A DNA stretch of 64,000 nt, taken from a virus. The stretch lies in IMG/VR virus record IMGVR_UViG_3300025655_000017; one strand, 5' to 3'. The translations under genes were made by a program, and so were the position numbers. Under the pieces are notes generated by a model, which saw nothing but the letters and a program-made list of their open reading frames with translations, was not told the origin of the DNA and did not search any database. This document shows positions 1 through 9,177 of this stretch, in pieces. Position 1 is the first letter of the stretch. Every line of letters starts with the position of its first letter.

Positions 1-1
1 T

Positions 2-2095
2 ATACTTTTATGGGGTAAATGTCGAAAAACAGATGAATGGGCAAAATTAGATGAAACAGTTAATATTTTTGCTAATAAAAATGACACATATTTTATTGAA
101 GGTATTGTTGAGGTATGTGACAAAAGTTATTTTTTAAGAAGAGACTATTTTGTTAATAAGGCGGGAACAGTATCTCATAAATTTAAATTGTATCTCATAA
201 CGGATGAAAAAACAGCTAATTCTTTTATTGAAATAGAAAATGATAATGTTTATTTTCATAACAAAGATAATCATAATCGCTCTATGGATGGACATTGGGC
301 AATTAATCTCACTGAGGAAACTGCCCATGAATCACTTAAAGTTTATCAGAGGGAAATAGGAGATATAGAGGAAAATTTAAAAATTTCACATTTTAATGCT
401 GAAAACATCTATGAATTATTAATGACAAAACCATCTGAAAGAACTAGAAATTTCTTTAACTTGTTTGGTGGTGATTTTTTCACTAAGAAAAAGGAAGAAG
501 CAAAAGTTTTACATAAGTCATTTCTCACTAATTCTAAAATTAAAACATATGATCCATCAGTTATTTTACAATCTATTGATGATTTAGGTATAGAAATGGT
601 AGAGTTAAATAGTAATTTAGATTTAATATTAATTGAAAAAGAGCGAGTTGAACAAACAATTAATCAACTTAATATTAATACCGAAACTTTAAAAGAAAGT
701 TTAAAAAAAATACCTCAAAGCCCGACTGATATTTTTTATTTAAAGTCTGAACTTGAAAGCTTAGAAAAAATAAAAGTAAATTATGCAGGAAAAATTAAAG
801 AATGTACATATGATTTAAGTTTTGAAGAAAAAATTAGCACTATAAAAACTCAGCTTTCAGAGTTAAACCATAAATATAATGAGGAACTTATTGAATTGAG
901 GGTAAAAATCATAGAAGTGGAAGGAACAGGTTTATCCAACTATAAAGCCTATGTCGATTTACACGATACATATAAAACAAAATCTTCATTAATAGAAAAT
1001 TTTATTAAAGAGAAGGAGGTTATTTTAAAAGAATTAGATAATATAGGAACAAATTTAATTTGTGGGAAATGTGGTCAACCTGTAAAAAATAGGAACGAAG
1101 AAAAAAATACATTAAATAAAAGATTGCAGGAAATAATAGAGGAACTAGAATCATGTGATACAAACCCCCTATTAAATAAACTTAAAATTCTTGAGAGTAA
1201 TTTCAACGCAAGAAAAAATAATGCATTAATTCAATATAAAAAAAATGAGAGTGAAAACAAATCATTACATGATATAAATAAAAAAGAATTAGAGCAAGAA
1301 ATTATTTCACTAGAATCGCAAAAAGAAATCTTTCAATTTAATGAAACAATAATTGCACAAATTGAAACTGTTGATTTAAAAATTTCTAATGTAACCGAGA
1401 AAATTGTTTTATTTAATACTCATATAGCTGATATAAAACATAATGAAAATGTTCAAGCACAAATTAGCTTATTAAAAGAAAAAGAATCTTTGGAAAAATC
1501 TAATTTAGTTCTTATAACAAGAAATTATGATGTATTAAAAAGTACTCAACAAATTAAAAGAGATCAAATTGCTCACCAAAAAGCAATATTAGAACAAATA
1601 AAAGGTGATATTATAATTGATAAGGCATTTAAATTATATGTCGAGGCACATGATAAAGATGGAATCATAAATAATTTAATGCTTAACTATATAGGTGTTA
1701 TTAATGAAGAGTTAGATGTGATCATGGGTGATTTACCATTTAAATGTTATGTGGTACTTGAGAAGGGCATAATAGATTATATTATAGAAAATAATGAAAC
1801 TAAATATAATTTAAAAAATGGGTCTGGTATGGAAAAATGTGCATCTATGTTAGCATTAAATTTAGTTCAAATTAATTTTTCTAAAATAAATATACCTAAT
1901 TACATAAGAATTGACGAAATTTTTGGGCCAATTGGAGGAGAAAATATCGAAATTATCTTAAAAATCTTAGAGAGATATAAATCAGTTTTTGAAAAATGTT
2001 TTATAATTTCACATCGTGAAGATATAAAAGATGCTTTTTTAAATGCCGAAGTTTTAACTATTAAAAAAGAAGGAAAAATAAGTAAATTATGTTAG
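2..2095 (+). CDS. SbcC/Rad50/T4 gp46-like recombination ATPase, 5'-truncated by window edge
   Basis: Frame open from base 2; long coiled coil with central zinc hook CGKCGQ, ABC signature-like GSGME, Walker B IRIDE and H-loop IISH. Confidence 0.9.
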   Translation: MLLWGKCRKTDEWAKLDETVNIFANKNDTYFIEGIVEVCDKSYFLRRDYFVNKAGTVSHKFKLYLITDEKTANSFIEIENDNVYFHNKDNHNRSMDGHWAINLTEETAHESLKVYQREIGDIEENLKISHFNAENIYELLMTKPSERTRNFFNLFGGDFFTKKKEEAKVLHKSFLTNSKIKTYDPSVILQSIDDLGIEMVELNSNLDLILIEKERVEQTINQLNINTETLKESLKKIPQSPTDIFYLKSELESLEKIKVNYAGKIKECTYDLSFEEKISTIKTQLSELNHKYNEELIELRVKIIEVEGTGLSNYKAYVDLHDTYKTKSSLIENFIKEKEVILKELDNIGTNLICGKCGQPVKNRNEEKNTLNKRLQEIIEELESCDTNPLLNKLKILESNFNARKNNALIQYKKNESENKSLHDINKKELEQEIISLESQKEIFQFNETIIAQIETVDLKISNVTEKIVLFNTHIADIKHNENVQAQISLLKEKESLEKSNLVLITRNYDVLKSTQQIKRDQIAHQKAILEQIKGDIIIDKAFKLYVEAHDKDGIINNLMLNYIGVINEELDVIMGDLPFKCYVVLEKGIIDYIIENNETKYNLKNGSGMEKCASMLALNLVQINFSKINIPNYIRIDEIFGPIGGENIEIILKILERYKSVFEKCFIISHREDIKDAFLNAEVLTIKKEGKISKLC

Positions 2096-3159
2096 AGGAA
2101 AACAGATTTTTATATGACCACGTAGGGCAGTATTACAAACCTATGAAATTATCAGAGCAAATGGATCACTTAATCATGTATTTAAATACTAAAAATTTAA
2201 AATATAGAAATGATCTGGTTTTTGCAAATTATAAATTAATAAAAAAATGTGTAATTAATATTTCACGTAACTGGAATTTAAAAGATGATCAACAACATGA
2301 CATGTTTTTTTATGCTGTTGAGAGCGCATTAAAATCGTTAGACAGGTACACTATTGGAAGAGGCACTACAACTGTTCCTAGTTGGATAAATACTTGCGTA
2401 ATGAATGATCTTTATGCCTTATTAAAAAGAAGTTATACCGAAAGAGGTAATTTAAATATAATTGATGTAAGCCCTTCCTATAAGGATAACATAATTAATG
2501 ATAGGAAAATTTATAATCAAGTCATAAAAACAAATGAAGTCCCCATAAAAAATATAAAATACAATGTGGGAGGAGAAGAGCTTGTTTATAGGGGTACTAA
2601 TGACATATCTTTTTTTTCTATTGATGAGTTAGAACATTTTGATTTATGTGATAATACGGACGTAGAAACAGAATTGAATAATGAATTATTAGAAATTATA
2701 AAAGACATTCTTTCTAAGCGCGAATTTTTAATTTTTAAAAATATAGCTTTAGGTATACGTACAAAAAAAGATATTATATATGAAATTCCACCTTTGAACA
2801 GTCAAGAACTTGAAAAACTTGAAAACCGAGGAAAAAACGAGATTATTATAAATAATAAATTAATAGAAGTAATATGGAGTAAGTTTTACAAGGGAGAAAA
2901 AGAATCTGTTAAAAATGGTACATATGTATTTTCTTCCTCAGAACTCACAGAAGTTATTTATAATGGGAAAGATGTAAAACCAAGATTTATTAATTCTAAA
3001 TATTTATATAATATAAAACTTGATAATGAAGGTTATTCAATAAGTGGAATGAGTGCAGGAATTATATATAATGAAGCATTGACAAAACTTCGAAATTTTT
3101 TAATTAAAAATAAAATAAAAAATATAACAGATTATGCAGACAAATTTACAAAAGTATAG
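2089..3159 (+). CDS. Phage sigma-70-family RNA polymerase sigma factor
   Basis: Region-2-like LVFANYKLIKKCV..DMFFYAVESALKSLDRY..G..SWI; region-4-like LSKREFLIF...YNEALTKLR split by an insertion. Confidence 0.7.
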   Translation: MLEENRFLYDHVGQYYKPMKLSEQMDHLIMYLNTKNLKYRNDLVFANYKLIKKCVINISRNWNLKDDQQHDMFFYAVESALKSLDRYTIGRGTTTVPSWINTCVMNDLYALLKRSYTERGNLNIIDVSPSYKDNIINDRKIYNQVIKTNEVPIKNIKYNVGGEELVYRGTNDISFFSIDELEHFDLCDNTDVETELNNELLEIIKDILSKREFLIFKNIALGIRTKKDIIYEIPPLNSQELEKLENRGKNEIIINNKLIEVIWSKFYKGEKESVKNGTYVFSSSELTEVIYNGKDVKPRFINSKYLYNIKLDNEGYSISGMSAGIIYNEALTKLRNFLIKNKIKNITDYADKFTKV

Positions 3160-3409
3160 TTCATATATTATGATTGGGCTTGCTTTACTATTACTTTTGG
3201 TATTATCTAATAAATGTAGTTTAAAAACACAGCTCATGTTAGAAAAAAAATCTAGAGAAGCTGATAAAAAAGAATTCATGTTAAAATTATCTAATATTGA
3301 TTCTCTTTTCTTAAATGAAAAAAAAGAAATTCTTTTACTAGAAAAGGAATTTGATAATCCAAATACAACTCTAGAAGAATTAAAAAAAAGGTTAAATGAA
3401 AATAACTAG
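3134..3409 (+). CDS. Small membrane-anchored coiled-coil protein
   Basis: N-terminal hydrophobic helix followed by charged coiled coil; overlaps neighbours. Confidence 0.65.
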   Translation: MQTNLQKYSSYIMIGLALLLLLVLSNKCSLKTQLMLEKKSREADKKEFMLKLSNIDSLFLNEKKEILLLEKEFDNPNTTLEELKKRLNENN

Positions 3410-4202
3410 AGGCACATTAATTGCAGTAACAGTTGCTTGTTTAGTTCTATTTTATTTGGGATTAGGTATTACAAGTGTTTTTCACAGTATTTATTTTTGG
3501 CATATTTTTAATGAACAGTTTTATGCTTATTTACTAGCCATAGGTGTTTTTTTAGGAATTGCATCGGTATTGCTACTAACGTTCTTGAAAATAGGTACTA
3601 ATTTTACCAAAGCAATGATCTTCTTTCCCACCTTATTTGCAGAAATATGTGGGAATGTTTTTTATCAATATATAAAAATTGATATTGCTTCTTTAGATTA
3701 TCAGGCATATTTAGAACTTATGACTCCATTACTTAACTTTTTTAAAATAATGGAAGATGCTGAATTTAGCTCTTATTTAAAAAGTATGACAGCAGTTATA
3801 TTTGGATTATGGATACCGATTGTTCACTTAGGAGTATTTTGGGGTCTTATGAGCATAATTAAAGAAGTAGACGTTTTTAATGAAAGTGAACAATCTGATG
3901 TAGATGTTAATTCTAATCAAGACGAGATTATTAAAAATGATGAACCTATTGTAGAAGATAAAACCATATCTTTAGATGAAGTGATTATTGAAAATCAAAA
4001 AGTTATTATCCCACTTGAAGAAAAAGAAGAGGAGATTCTAATATCTGATAATAAAGCTGATTTAACAAAAGAAGTTTTATTACCTATACTATCCGAAGAT
4101 TTGTCTAATACTGAAATTAGCGATGTGACATATGAAAACAAGATAATATTAAAAGATACAGATAGTTCTGTTAAAAAAGGAAAAAGAACTATTAGAGAAT
4201 AA
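3396..4202 (+). CDS. Multi-pass membrane protein with acidic C-terminal tail
   Basis: About four hydrophobic segments followed by a D/E-rich tail. Confidence 0.7.
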   Translation: MKITRGTLIAVTVACLVLFYLGLGITSVFHSIYFWHIFNEQFYAYLLAIGVFLGIASVLLLTFLKIGTNFTKAMIFFPTLFAEICGNVFYQYIKIDIASLDYQAYLELMTPLLNFFKIMEDAEFSSYLKSMTAVIFGLWIPIVHLGVFWGLMSIIKEVDVFNESEQSDVDVNSNQDEIIKNDEPIVEDKTISLDEVIIENQKVIIPLEEKEEEILISDNKADLTKEVLLPILSEDLSNTEISDVTYENKIILKDTDSSVKKGKRTIRE

Positions 4203-4330
4203 AATATTAATTTTACTATTTATAGATAATGCAAGAACAATTTCTGTTTTTTATACTTATCATTTGTGCAGACGGGAAAATTGGCTATAGGTAAAAAAAT
4301 GGGTTGTTCTTGCTTTTAACATAAAAATAT

Positions 4331-4675
4331 ATGACGTTTTTCATATCTGAAGAGGTATTAACATTACCTAATGATAATGATTTTTTAAATGATGCTAAAA
4401 CAAATATTATTGAGTTAGCAGGTTCTTTGTCAGTAAGCTTTGACGATATTACTTACGATTATGAAAATAATATGTTTCAATGGTCAGGTTCGTTTGGTGA
4501 TAAAATTAAGTGGTTATTTACTATGGGAAAAGGCAACAGTGGGTTTTATTTAGAAAATGCTTCCATGTTAAGATTAGAACCTACTGTATTACAAGCTTTA
4601 TTAAAACTACAAGGATATTTTAATGTTGGATTCACTAAAGCTGTAAATGAAAAACTAGCAAAAAAAGATTTTTAA
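4331..4675 (+). CDS. Hypothetical protein
   Basis: 114-aa ORF in a co-directional gene run. Confidence 0.65.
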   Translation: MTFFISEEVLTLPNDNDFLNDAKTNIIELAGSLSVSFDDITYDYENNMFQWSGSFGDKIKWLFTMGKGNSGFYLENASMLRLEPTVLQALLKLQGYFNVGFTKAVNEKLAKKDF

Positions 4676-4685
4676 TAAAAAACAT

Positions 4686-5444
4686 ATGAATAATAATAAC
4701 ACAAGCCCAGAAATATTGGAAATTAAGGCAGAGATGTCTGAAAATGATTCAGGTGCTTATGAAACTCCATTGGTACTAGAAGATGACTATATAGAATTGA
4801 CCACAGAGCAATTTGAAAAAATGGTGATCGAGAAATTAATGGAATCACAAGTCTATTCAGTTGCTGCTGATTTAACAAATAAATACATAAAGTCTAGTAA
4901 AACTAAGGCTAAAAAACCAGCTAAAAGTGGTTATTTCTTTCCTAAGTCAGATAGCAGTAATCCTCACAATACTGAGGATATGGAAGTTGAAAGAGGGAAT
5001 AATGGTCTTGATTCTATGGAATCCGCAGTTGATGGTGATGCCATAGGAGAATCAAAAAAAGAACAGATATTGGCCACTGATAAAGAAACTGGTAATTCAG
5101 TGGAAGGGGTTGGAAAAGAATTGGTTAAAGACAATGATAACCGAGCAAAAGAAACTTCAAAAGATGATGTTACACAAGTTGGAGACAACCCAATTAAACT
5201 TTCTGAAAACATAAAAAAATATGTTTTAAAAGATAAGAGCTATTTAAATGAAGAATCTTTAGAGCGTATTTTAGAAAAATATCAATCTAAAATGAAGGGG
5301 AGTGTGTTTATCATCCAAGATGGGCATGATAATGTCTACAAGATAGACTGGTCGCAAAATAAAGCTGAAATACTTGAAAAACACGATATAAATCATTACG
5401 CCAAACAAATAGCGTTACAAGAAAGATTATTTAAATTATTTTAA
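4686..5444 (+). CDS. Hypothetical acidic protein, possibly virion/head-associated
   Basis: 252-aa ORF, acidic, several L-x-E sites. Confidence 0.65.
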   Translation: MNNNNTSPEILEIKAEMSENDSGAYETPLVLEDDYIELTTEQFEKMVIEKLMESQVYSVAADLTNKYIKSSKTKAKKPAKSGYFFPKSDSSNPHNTEDMEVERGNNGLDSMESAVDGDAIGESKKEQILATDKETGNSVEGVGKELVKDNDNRAKETSKDDVTQVGDNPIKLSENIKKYVLKDKSYLNEESLERILEKYQSKMKGSVFIIQDGHDNVYKIDWSQNKAEILEKHDINHYAKQIALQERLFKLF

Positions 5445-5445
5445 C

Positions 5446-5715
5446 ATGGATGTATATAATGTCAGGTCATACAATGGAGGTTTAATTTTACAAATTTTTA
5501 ATGAAAATGGTACTTTTTATTATTTTGATGCTACTCGTAAGGAAATCATAAGCAGTAATAGTCCTTCTATTAGAAATTTAGTTTTAGATGATCTAATAAT
5601 AGATTGTGCATCTATATGTCTTACTTTTGAGATTGATTGTGTAGATGGAGCATTATTAACAAATGCTGCCTTTTGCTTGGTTACAAATGGGGGTGATCCA
5701 ATAGTAGGAAATTAA
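5446..5715 (+). CDS. Hypothetical protein
   Basis: 89-aa ORF abutting the previous gene. Confidence 0.55.
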   Translation: MDVYNVRSYNGGLILQIFNENGTFYYFDATRKEIISSNSPSIRNLVLDDLIIDCASICLTFEIDCVDGALLTNAAFCLVTNGGDPIVGN

Positions 5716-6077
5716 GATTTTTTTTCATCGTTGTTAATGGCAGAGAGTTCATTTAAAAGAACCGCTGCCATTTCATTTTTCCAATTATCTGATTTGTAAT
5801 AAATCATTTGCTGTAAACTGTTTATGAATAAAGATACTGCTCCCGATAAGCTACCACTAGCTATATAGGATAATAATGTATATTGAAATTCAATATTATG
5901 AATAGGTGTTCCAGTGAAATGCAGAAAAATTCCTACCCAAAAACCAGTACATAGTGGACAAATAAATAATAACCCAAAAAAATTAGGTGATATTTTTTTA
6001 AAAAAATCTCTGAATCCTTGAAAAATAGAGCTATTTGTTATTATGATAGTAATAGCATAACAAATTAATAATATCAT
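5712..6077 (-). CDS. Membrane protein, DUF1360-like
   Basis: Hydrophobic, with CPLCTGFWVG motif. Confidence 0.6.
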   Translation of the reverse strand: MILLICYAITIIITNSSIFQGFRDFFKKISPNFFGLLFICPLCTGFWVGIFLHFTGTPIHNIEFQYTLLSYIASGSLSGAVSLFINSLQQMIYYKSDNWKNEMAAVLLNELSAINNDEKKS

Positions 6078-6325
6078 TGTACTAAATTTATTGCACCTTG
6101 AAATCTTGTTTCTCCTATAATAATAGTAACTTCCTCTGAATTTTTATCAATAATGTGATAATTTTCTTTTAAAAGTTTCATTTCATTCATAAGAAAATTT
6201 ATTTTTTCTTCTAGTGTATTTGGCTCATCAAAAGTTTTTTTGTTTTTATCCATGTACTCAAAAAGACTTTCATTTTTTGTTGAAACTCTTTCTAAAAGTT
6301 TACTGGTATCATGATTTGGTTGCAT
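6074..6325 (-). CDS. Hypothetical protein
   Basis: ORF in an overlapping minus-strand run. Confidence 0.6.
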   Translation of the reverse strand: MQPNHDTSKLLERVSTKNESLFEYMDKNKKTFDEPNTLEEKINFLMNEMKLLKENYHIIDKNSEEVTIIIGETRFQGAINLVQ

Positions 6326-6599
6326 CTAAATGTATTTTAATTTGTTCTTTAACTATTTTCGTTATTAATATTTCTAACGCATTAACATTAAATATTTCGC
6401 TTTTATTATTATAAGTAGATGAGTCAGTCTTTTTTTTATTTAACCTATCCTCTATATTTTGAGTATGGGTCATTATTCTATTTAAAAAAACATTTCTTTC
6501 ATCGGTTGTTAAAGGCTCTACTATTTCATCACCAACTGCTAAAACAGCATATTCAGGTGGTATAACGGGAGTAGCTTCTTTTTTAAAAGCTTTTTTCAT
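6309..6599 (-). CDS. Hypothetical protein
   Basis: ORF in an overlapping minus-strand run. Confidence 0.6.
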   Translation of the reverse strand: MKKAFKKEATPVIPPEYAVLAVGDEIVEPLTTDERNVFLNRIMTHTQNIEDRLNKKKTDSSTYNNKSEIFNVNALEILITKIVKEQIKIHLDATKS

Positions 6600-7165
6600 A
6601 ATATATATGGTTTATAAAGAGTTTCATATTTTATGTCAAATTTTTTAATGATATTTTCATTATATAAACTTCTCATTCTTTTATTTAAAATACCTAAATA
6701 AATATTTTTTTTACTAAGTAATATATTCTGAGCAAAAAATGAAGCCTCTCTTTTATTTGTACAAACTATAAGATAATTTTTCTTATCCTCTGCTTCAAAT
6801 ATAATCTTATTAAGAAAAATATAAAAGACATAACCCTCTAATGAAGAAACTTCGTTATATCTTACATATGCTTTTTCTGGATATGAATAAAATAATCTCT
6901 CTTCATATATGTTTTTAATTTCTAAAACTTTATAGCCATTACTTGTTGTATATCCTAACCCTTTAGTATACGGGTTATTAGTTATTAACAGTAATTGATG
7001 TTTTATTGCTTTTCCATTCTTATAGGTTTTATAAAATTCTATATTTTTATTTTCTTTTAAAATTTTATCATATTTGTTTTTTATAATTACATATTTTTTA
7101 TTTAATGCAATTGTAGTTTTTTCTACGCTATTCTCTATTTTAATAATTTTATAAAAATATTTCAT
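6596..7165 (-). CDS. Hypothetical basic protein
   Basis: 189-aa K-rich ORF. Confidence 0.65.
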   Translation of the reverse strand: MKYFYKIIKIENSVEKTTIALNKKYVIIKNKYDKILKENKNIEFYKTYKNGKAIKHQLLLITNNPYTKGLGYTTSNGYKVLEIKNIYEERLFYSYPEKAYVRYNEVSSLEGYVFYIFLNKIIFEAEDKKNYLIVCTNKREASFFAQNILLSKKNIYLGILNKRMRSLYNENIIKKFDIKYETLYKPYIL

Positions 7166-7172
7166 AAATAAA

Positions 7173-7204
7173 TTTGGTTATCTGGATAAAATATATTATC
7201 TTTG
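7173..7204 (+). promoter_or_regulatory. Bacteroidota housekeeping-type promoter (-33 TTTG, -7 TATCTTTG)
   Basis: Matches the TAnnTTTG consensus; the same box recurs at 26642, 26724, 29211, 31290, 39573, 43447, 43832, 44807, 46387, 47509, 48581 (+) and 15820, 60049 (-). Confidence 0.75.
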
Positions 7205-7228
7205 CACTAAATAATAAATAAATATTTT

Positions 7229-7708
7229 ATGATAGAATTATTAGAAGATGGCAATGATGTCAAAAAATTAGTTGATGATTTTTTTGACCGCACAGGAAAT
7301 GACAACTATATGTCATATCACGTTTTTTCATTTGAAATGAGGTTCAATAAACAACGAGATATTGGAAAAGTGGTTGTCTTAAAAGAAGATGAAAAAGAAA
7401 TTCTTATTGCTGAAGGTATTAAAGAACCTGTCGATGTAAGAATCTTTTTTGATAGCAATGCTATAGATGAATTACGATCCATGTCTATAAATGAAGGTGA
7501 TCCTAACCTACCTAAATTGGCTGTTGACCGTATATTGGAGGGGATTTGGTATGATCAAGAAAAAGATAAGGTCATGTACGATAAACCAACAGTACAAGAA
7601 TATACTGGCATATTAACATCATATGATCCTGTTGTAGTAACAGAAGTCTATAGAGCTGCTATTGATCAAATAGAGCAAAAGAGAAAAGAACAAAAAAATG
7701 GGGGTTAA
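7229..7708 (+). CDS. Hypothetical protein
   Basis: 159-aa ORF downstream of a host-type promoter. Confidence 0.7.
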   Translation: MIELLEDGNDVKKLVDDFFDRTGNDNYMSYHVFSFEMRFNKQRDIGKVVVLKEDEKEILIAEGIKEPVDVRIFFDSNAIDELRSMSINEGDPNLPKLAVDRILEGIWYDQEKDKVMYDKPTVQEYTGILTSYDPVVVTEVYRAAIDQIEQKRKEQKNGG

Positions 7709-7843
7709 CGAGTAATACCCATAACTTTTTTTATCGCAGCAATTTTTTCTTCTGTTGTTAAAGGCTGCTGTCTAACAATATTATTAAAAGTTGCTGCGGT
7801 ATTAGTTGCAGTATTTCTTGAACCTCTTGTACAATTACACATT

Positions 7844-8701
7844 ATGAAAATCGTTTTAAATAAATATTTAAATAAAATAAAATTTATCATAAAAAACGAT
7901 AAAGTATTGTTTTTTCAGATAGTATTATTATTGTTATTATTATTAGTTATTTATCGTGGATTTCATCACTTACCTGATAAAACAGAAATAAATGAAATTC
8001 TCATGAATAGTAAACAAAAAAACCTGTATATTATTGATGTTGGACATGGATATACAGGTGAATGTAAGGGTAATCATGTAAAATTGGAGGATGGTAGTTG
8101 TTTTTACGAATATCAATATTGCTATGATCTTTATAAAAAGATAGACATTATGTTAAAAAAATCTAATATTTTTTCCATTTTATTAGATACTAATGTTTTA
8201 GTGCAAAACATGCCTATTAATACAAGAGTAAGAGAGGTTAATAATATAGTAAGAAAAGTTAATAGAGCAAATATTACAACATTAGTGATTAGCTTACATG
8301 CAAATTATACTAGTAAAAACCCTGATGCAACAGGAGTTGAAGTTTATATAAACTTAGAAAAGCAAAAAAATATTTTAGATGCAAGTTTATATAATGAAGC
8401 AATGACAAATGCAGCCATACTTTTTGCTAATAACCTAGCTCATTATAGTGGACTACCATTAAGAAAGTCTAGGGGTAAGGAATATAAATTATCAGAATTA
8501 AGGCCAGAAGATTGCGGCATTTTAAAAAGAACAAAGTGCTATGCGATTTTAACAGAAAACGGTTTTTTCTCCAATGAGAAAGAAAGAAATAAAATGCAAA
8601 CCGATAAATTTAAAACAAATATTGCGTATGCACATTATGCCAGTATATGTGAAATAGAGGGAATTATCCCTTATCCTATAAATATTTTTTATGAACAATA
8701 A
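7844..8701 (+). CDS. N-acetylmuramoyl-L-alanine amidase (Amidase_3) with N-terminal TM anchor
   Basis: IIDVGHG, YE, ISLHAN and ILTENGF zinc-amidase motifs. Confidence 0.9.
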   Translation: MKIVLNKYLNKIKFIIKNDKVLFFQIVLLLLLLLVIYRGFHHLPDKTEINEILMNSKQKNLYIIDVGHGYTGECKGNHVKLEDGSCFYEYQYCYDLYKKIDIMLKKSNIFSILLDTNVLVQNMPINTRVREVNNIVRKVNRANITTLVISLHANYTSKNPDATGVEVYINLEKQKNILDASLYNEAMTNAAILFANNLAHYSGLPLRKSRGKEYKLSELRPEDCGILKRTKCYAILTENGFFSNEKERNKMQTDKFKTNIAYAHYASICEIEGIIPYPINIFYEQ

Positions 8702-9155
8702 CTTAAAAAAAGTAGAAGAATTTCAATTATTCTTTGGTAAACCAGTAAGAAAAAAACCTACATTAATTTCAAAACCAGAATTTGAGTTGAGGGTTAAACT
8801 TCTAAAAGAAGAATTACAAGAATTAGAAGATGCTTATGAAGCAAATGATTTAATAGAAATTGCGGATGCGCTTATTGATATTGAATATATTTTGCATGGT
8901 ACAACATTAGAAATGGGGTTTGGTGATTATAATGAAATTCTGTTTGATGAAGTACATTCTTCTAATATGAGTAAAGCCTGTGATACGTTAGATGAGGCTA
9001 ACTTATCTATTTTGTCTTATAAGCAAAAAGGAGTAGAAACCTATTCCTTATATAAGGAAGAGTATGGCAAATATTTGATTTTGCGTAGTGAAGATAATAA
9101 AATTTTAAAATCAATAAATTACAACGAAGCTAACTTAACTAATTTTTTTAACTAA
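8691..9155 (+). CDS. MazG-like nucleoside-triphosphate pyrophosphohydrolase
   Basis: LLKEELQEL..EIADALIDIEY..EVHSSNMSK motifs. Confidence 0.85.
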   Translation: MNNNLKKVEEFQLFFGKPVRKKPTLISKPEFELRVKLLKEELQELEDAYEANDLIEIADALIDIEYILHGTTLEMGFGDYNEILFDEVHSSNMSKACDTLDEANLSILSYKQKGVETYSLYKEEYGKYLILRSEDNKILKSINYNEANLTNFFN

Positions 9156-9177
9156 ATTAATCAAAACTTTAATTTTT

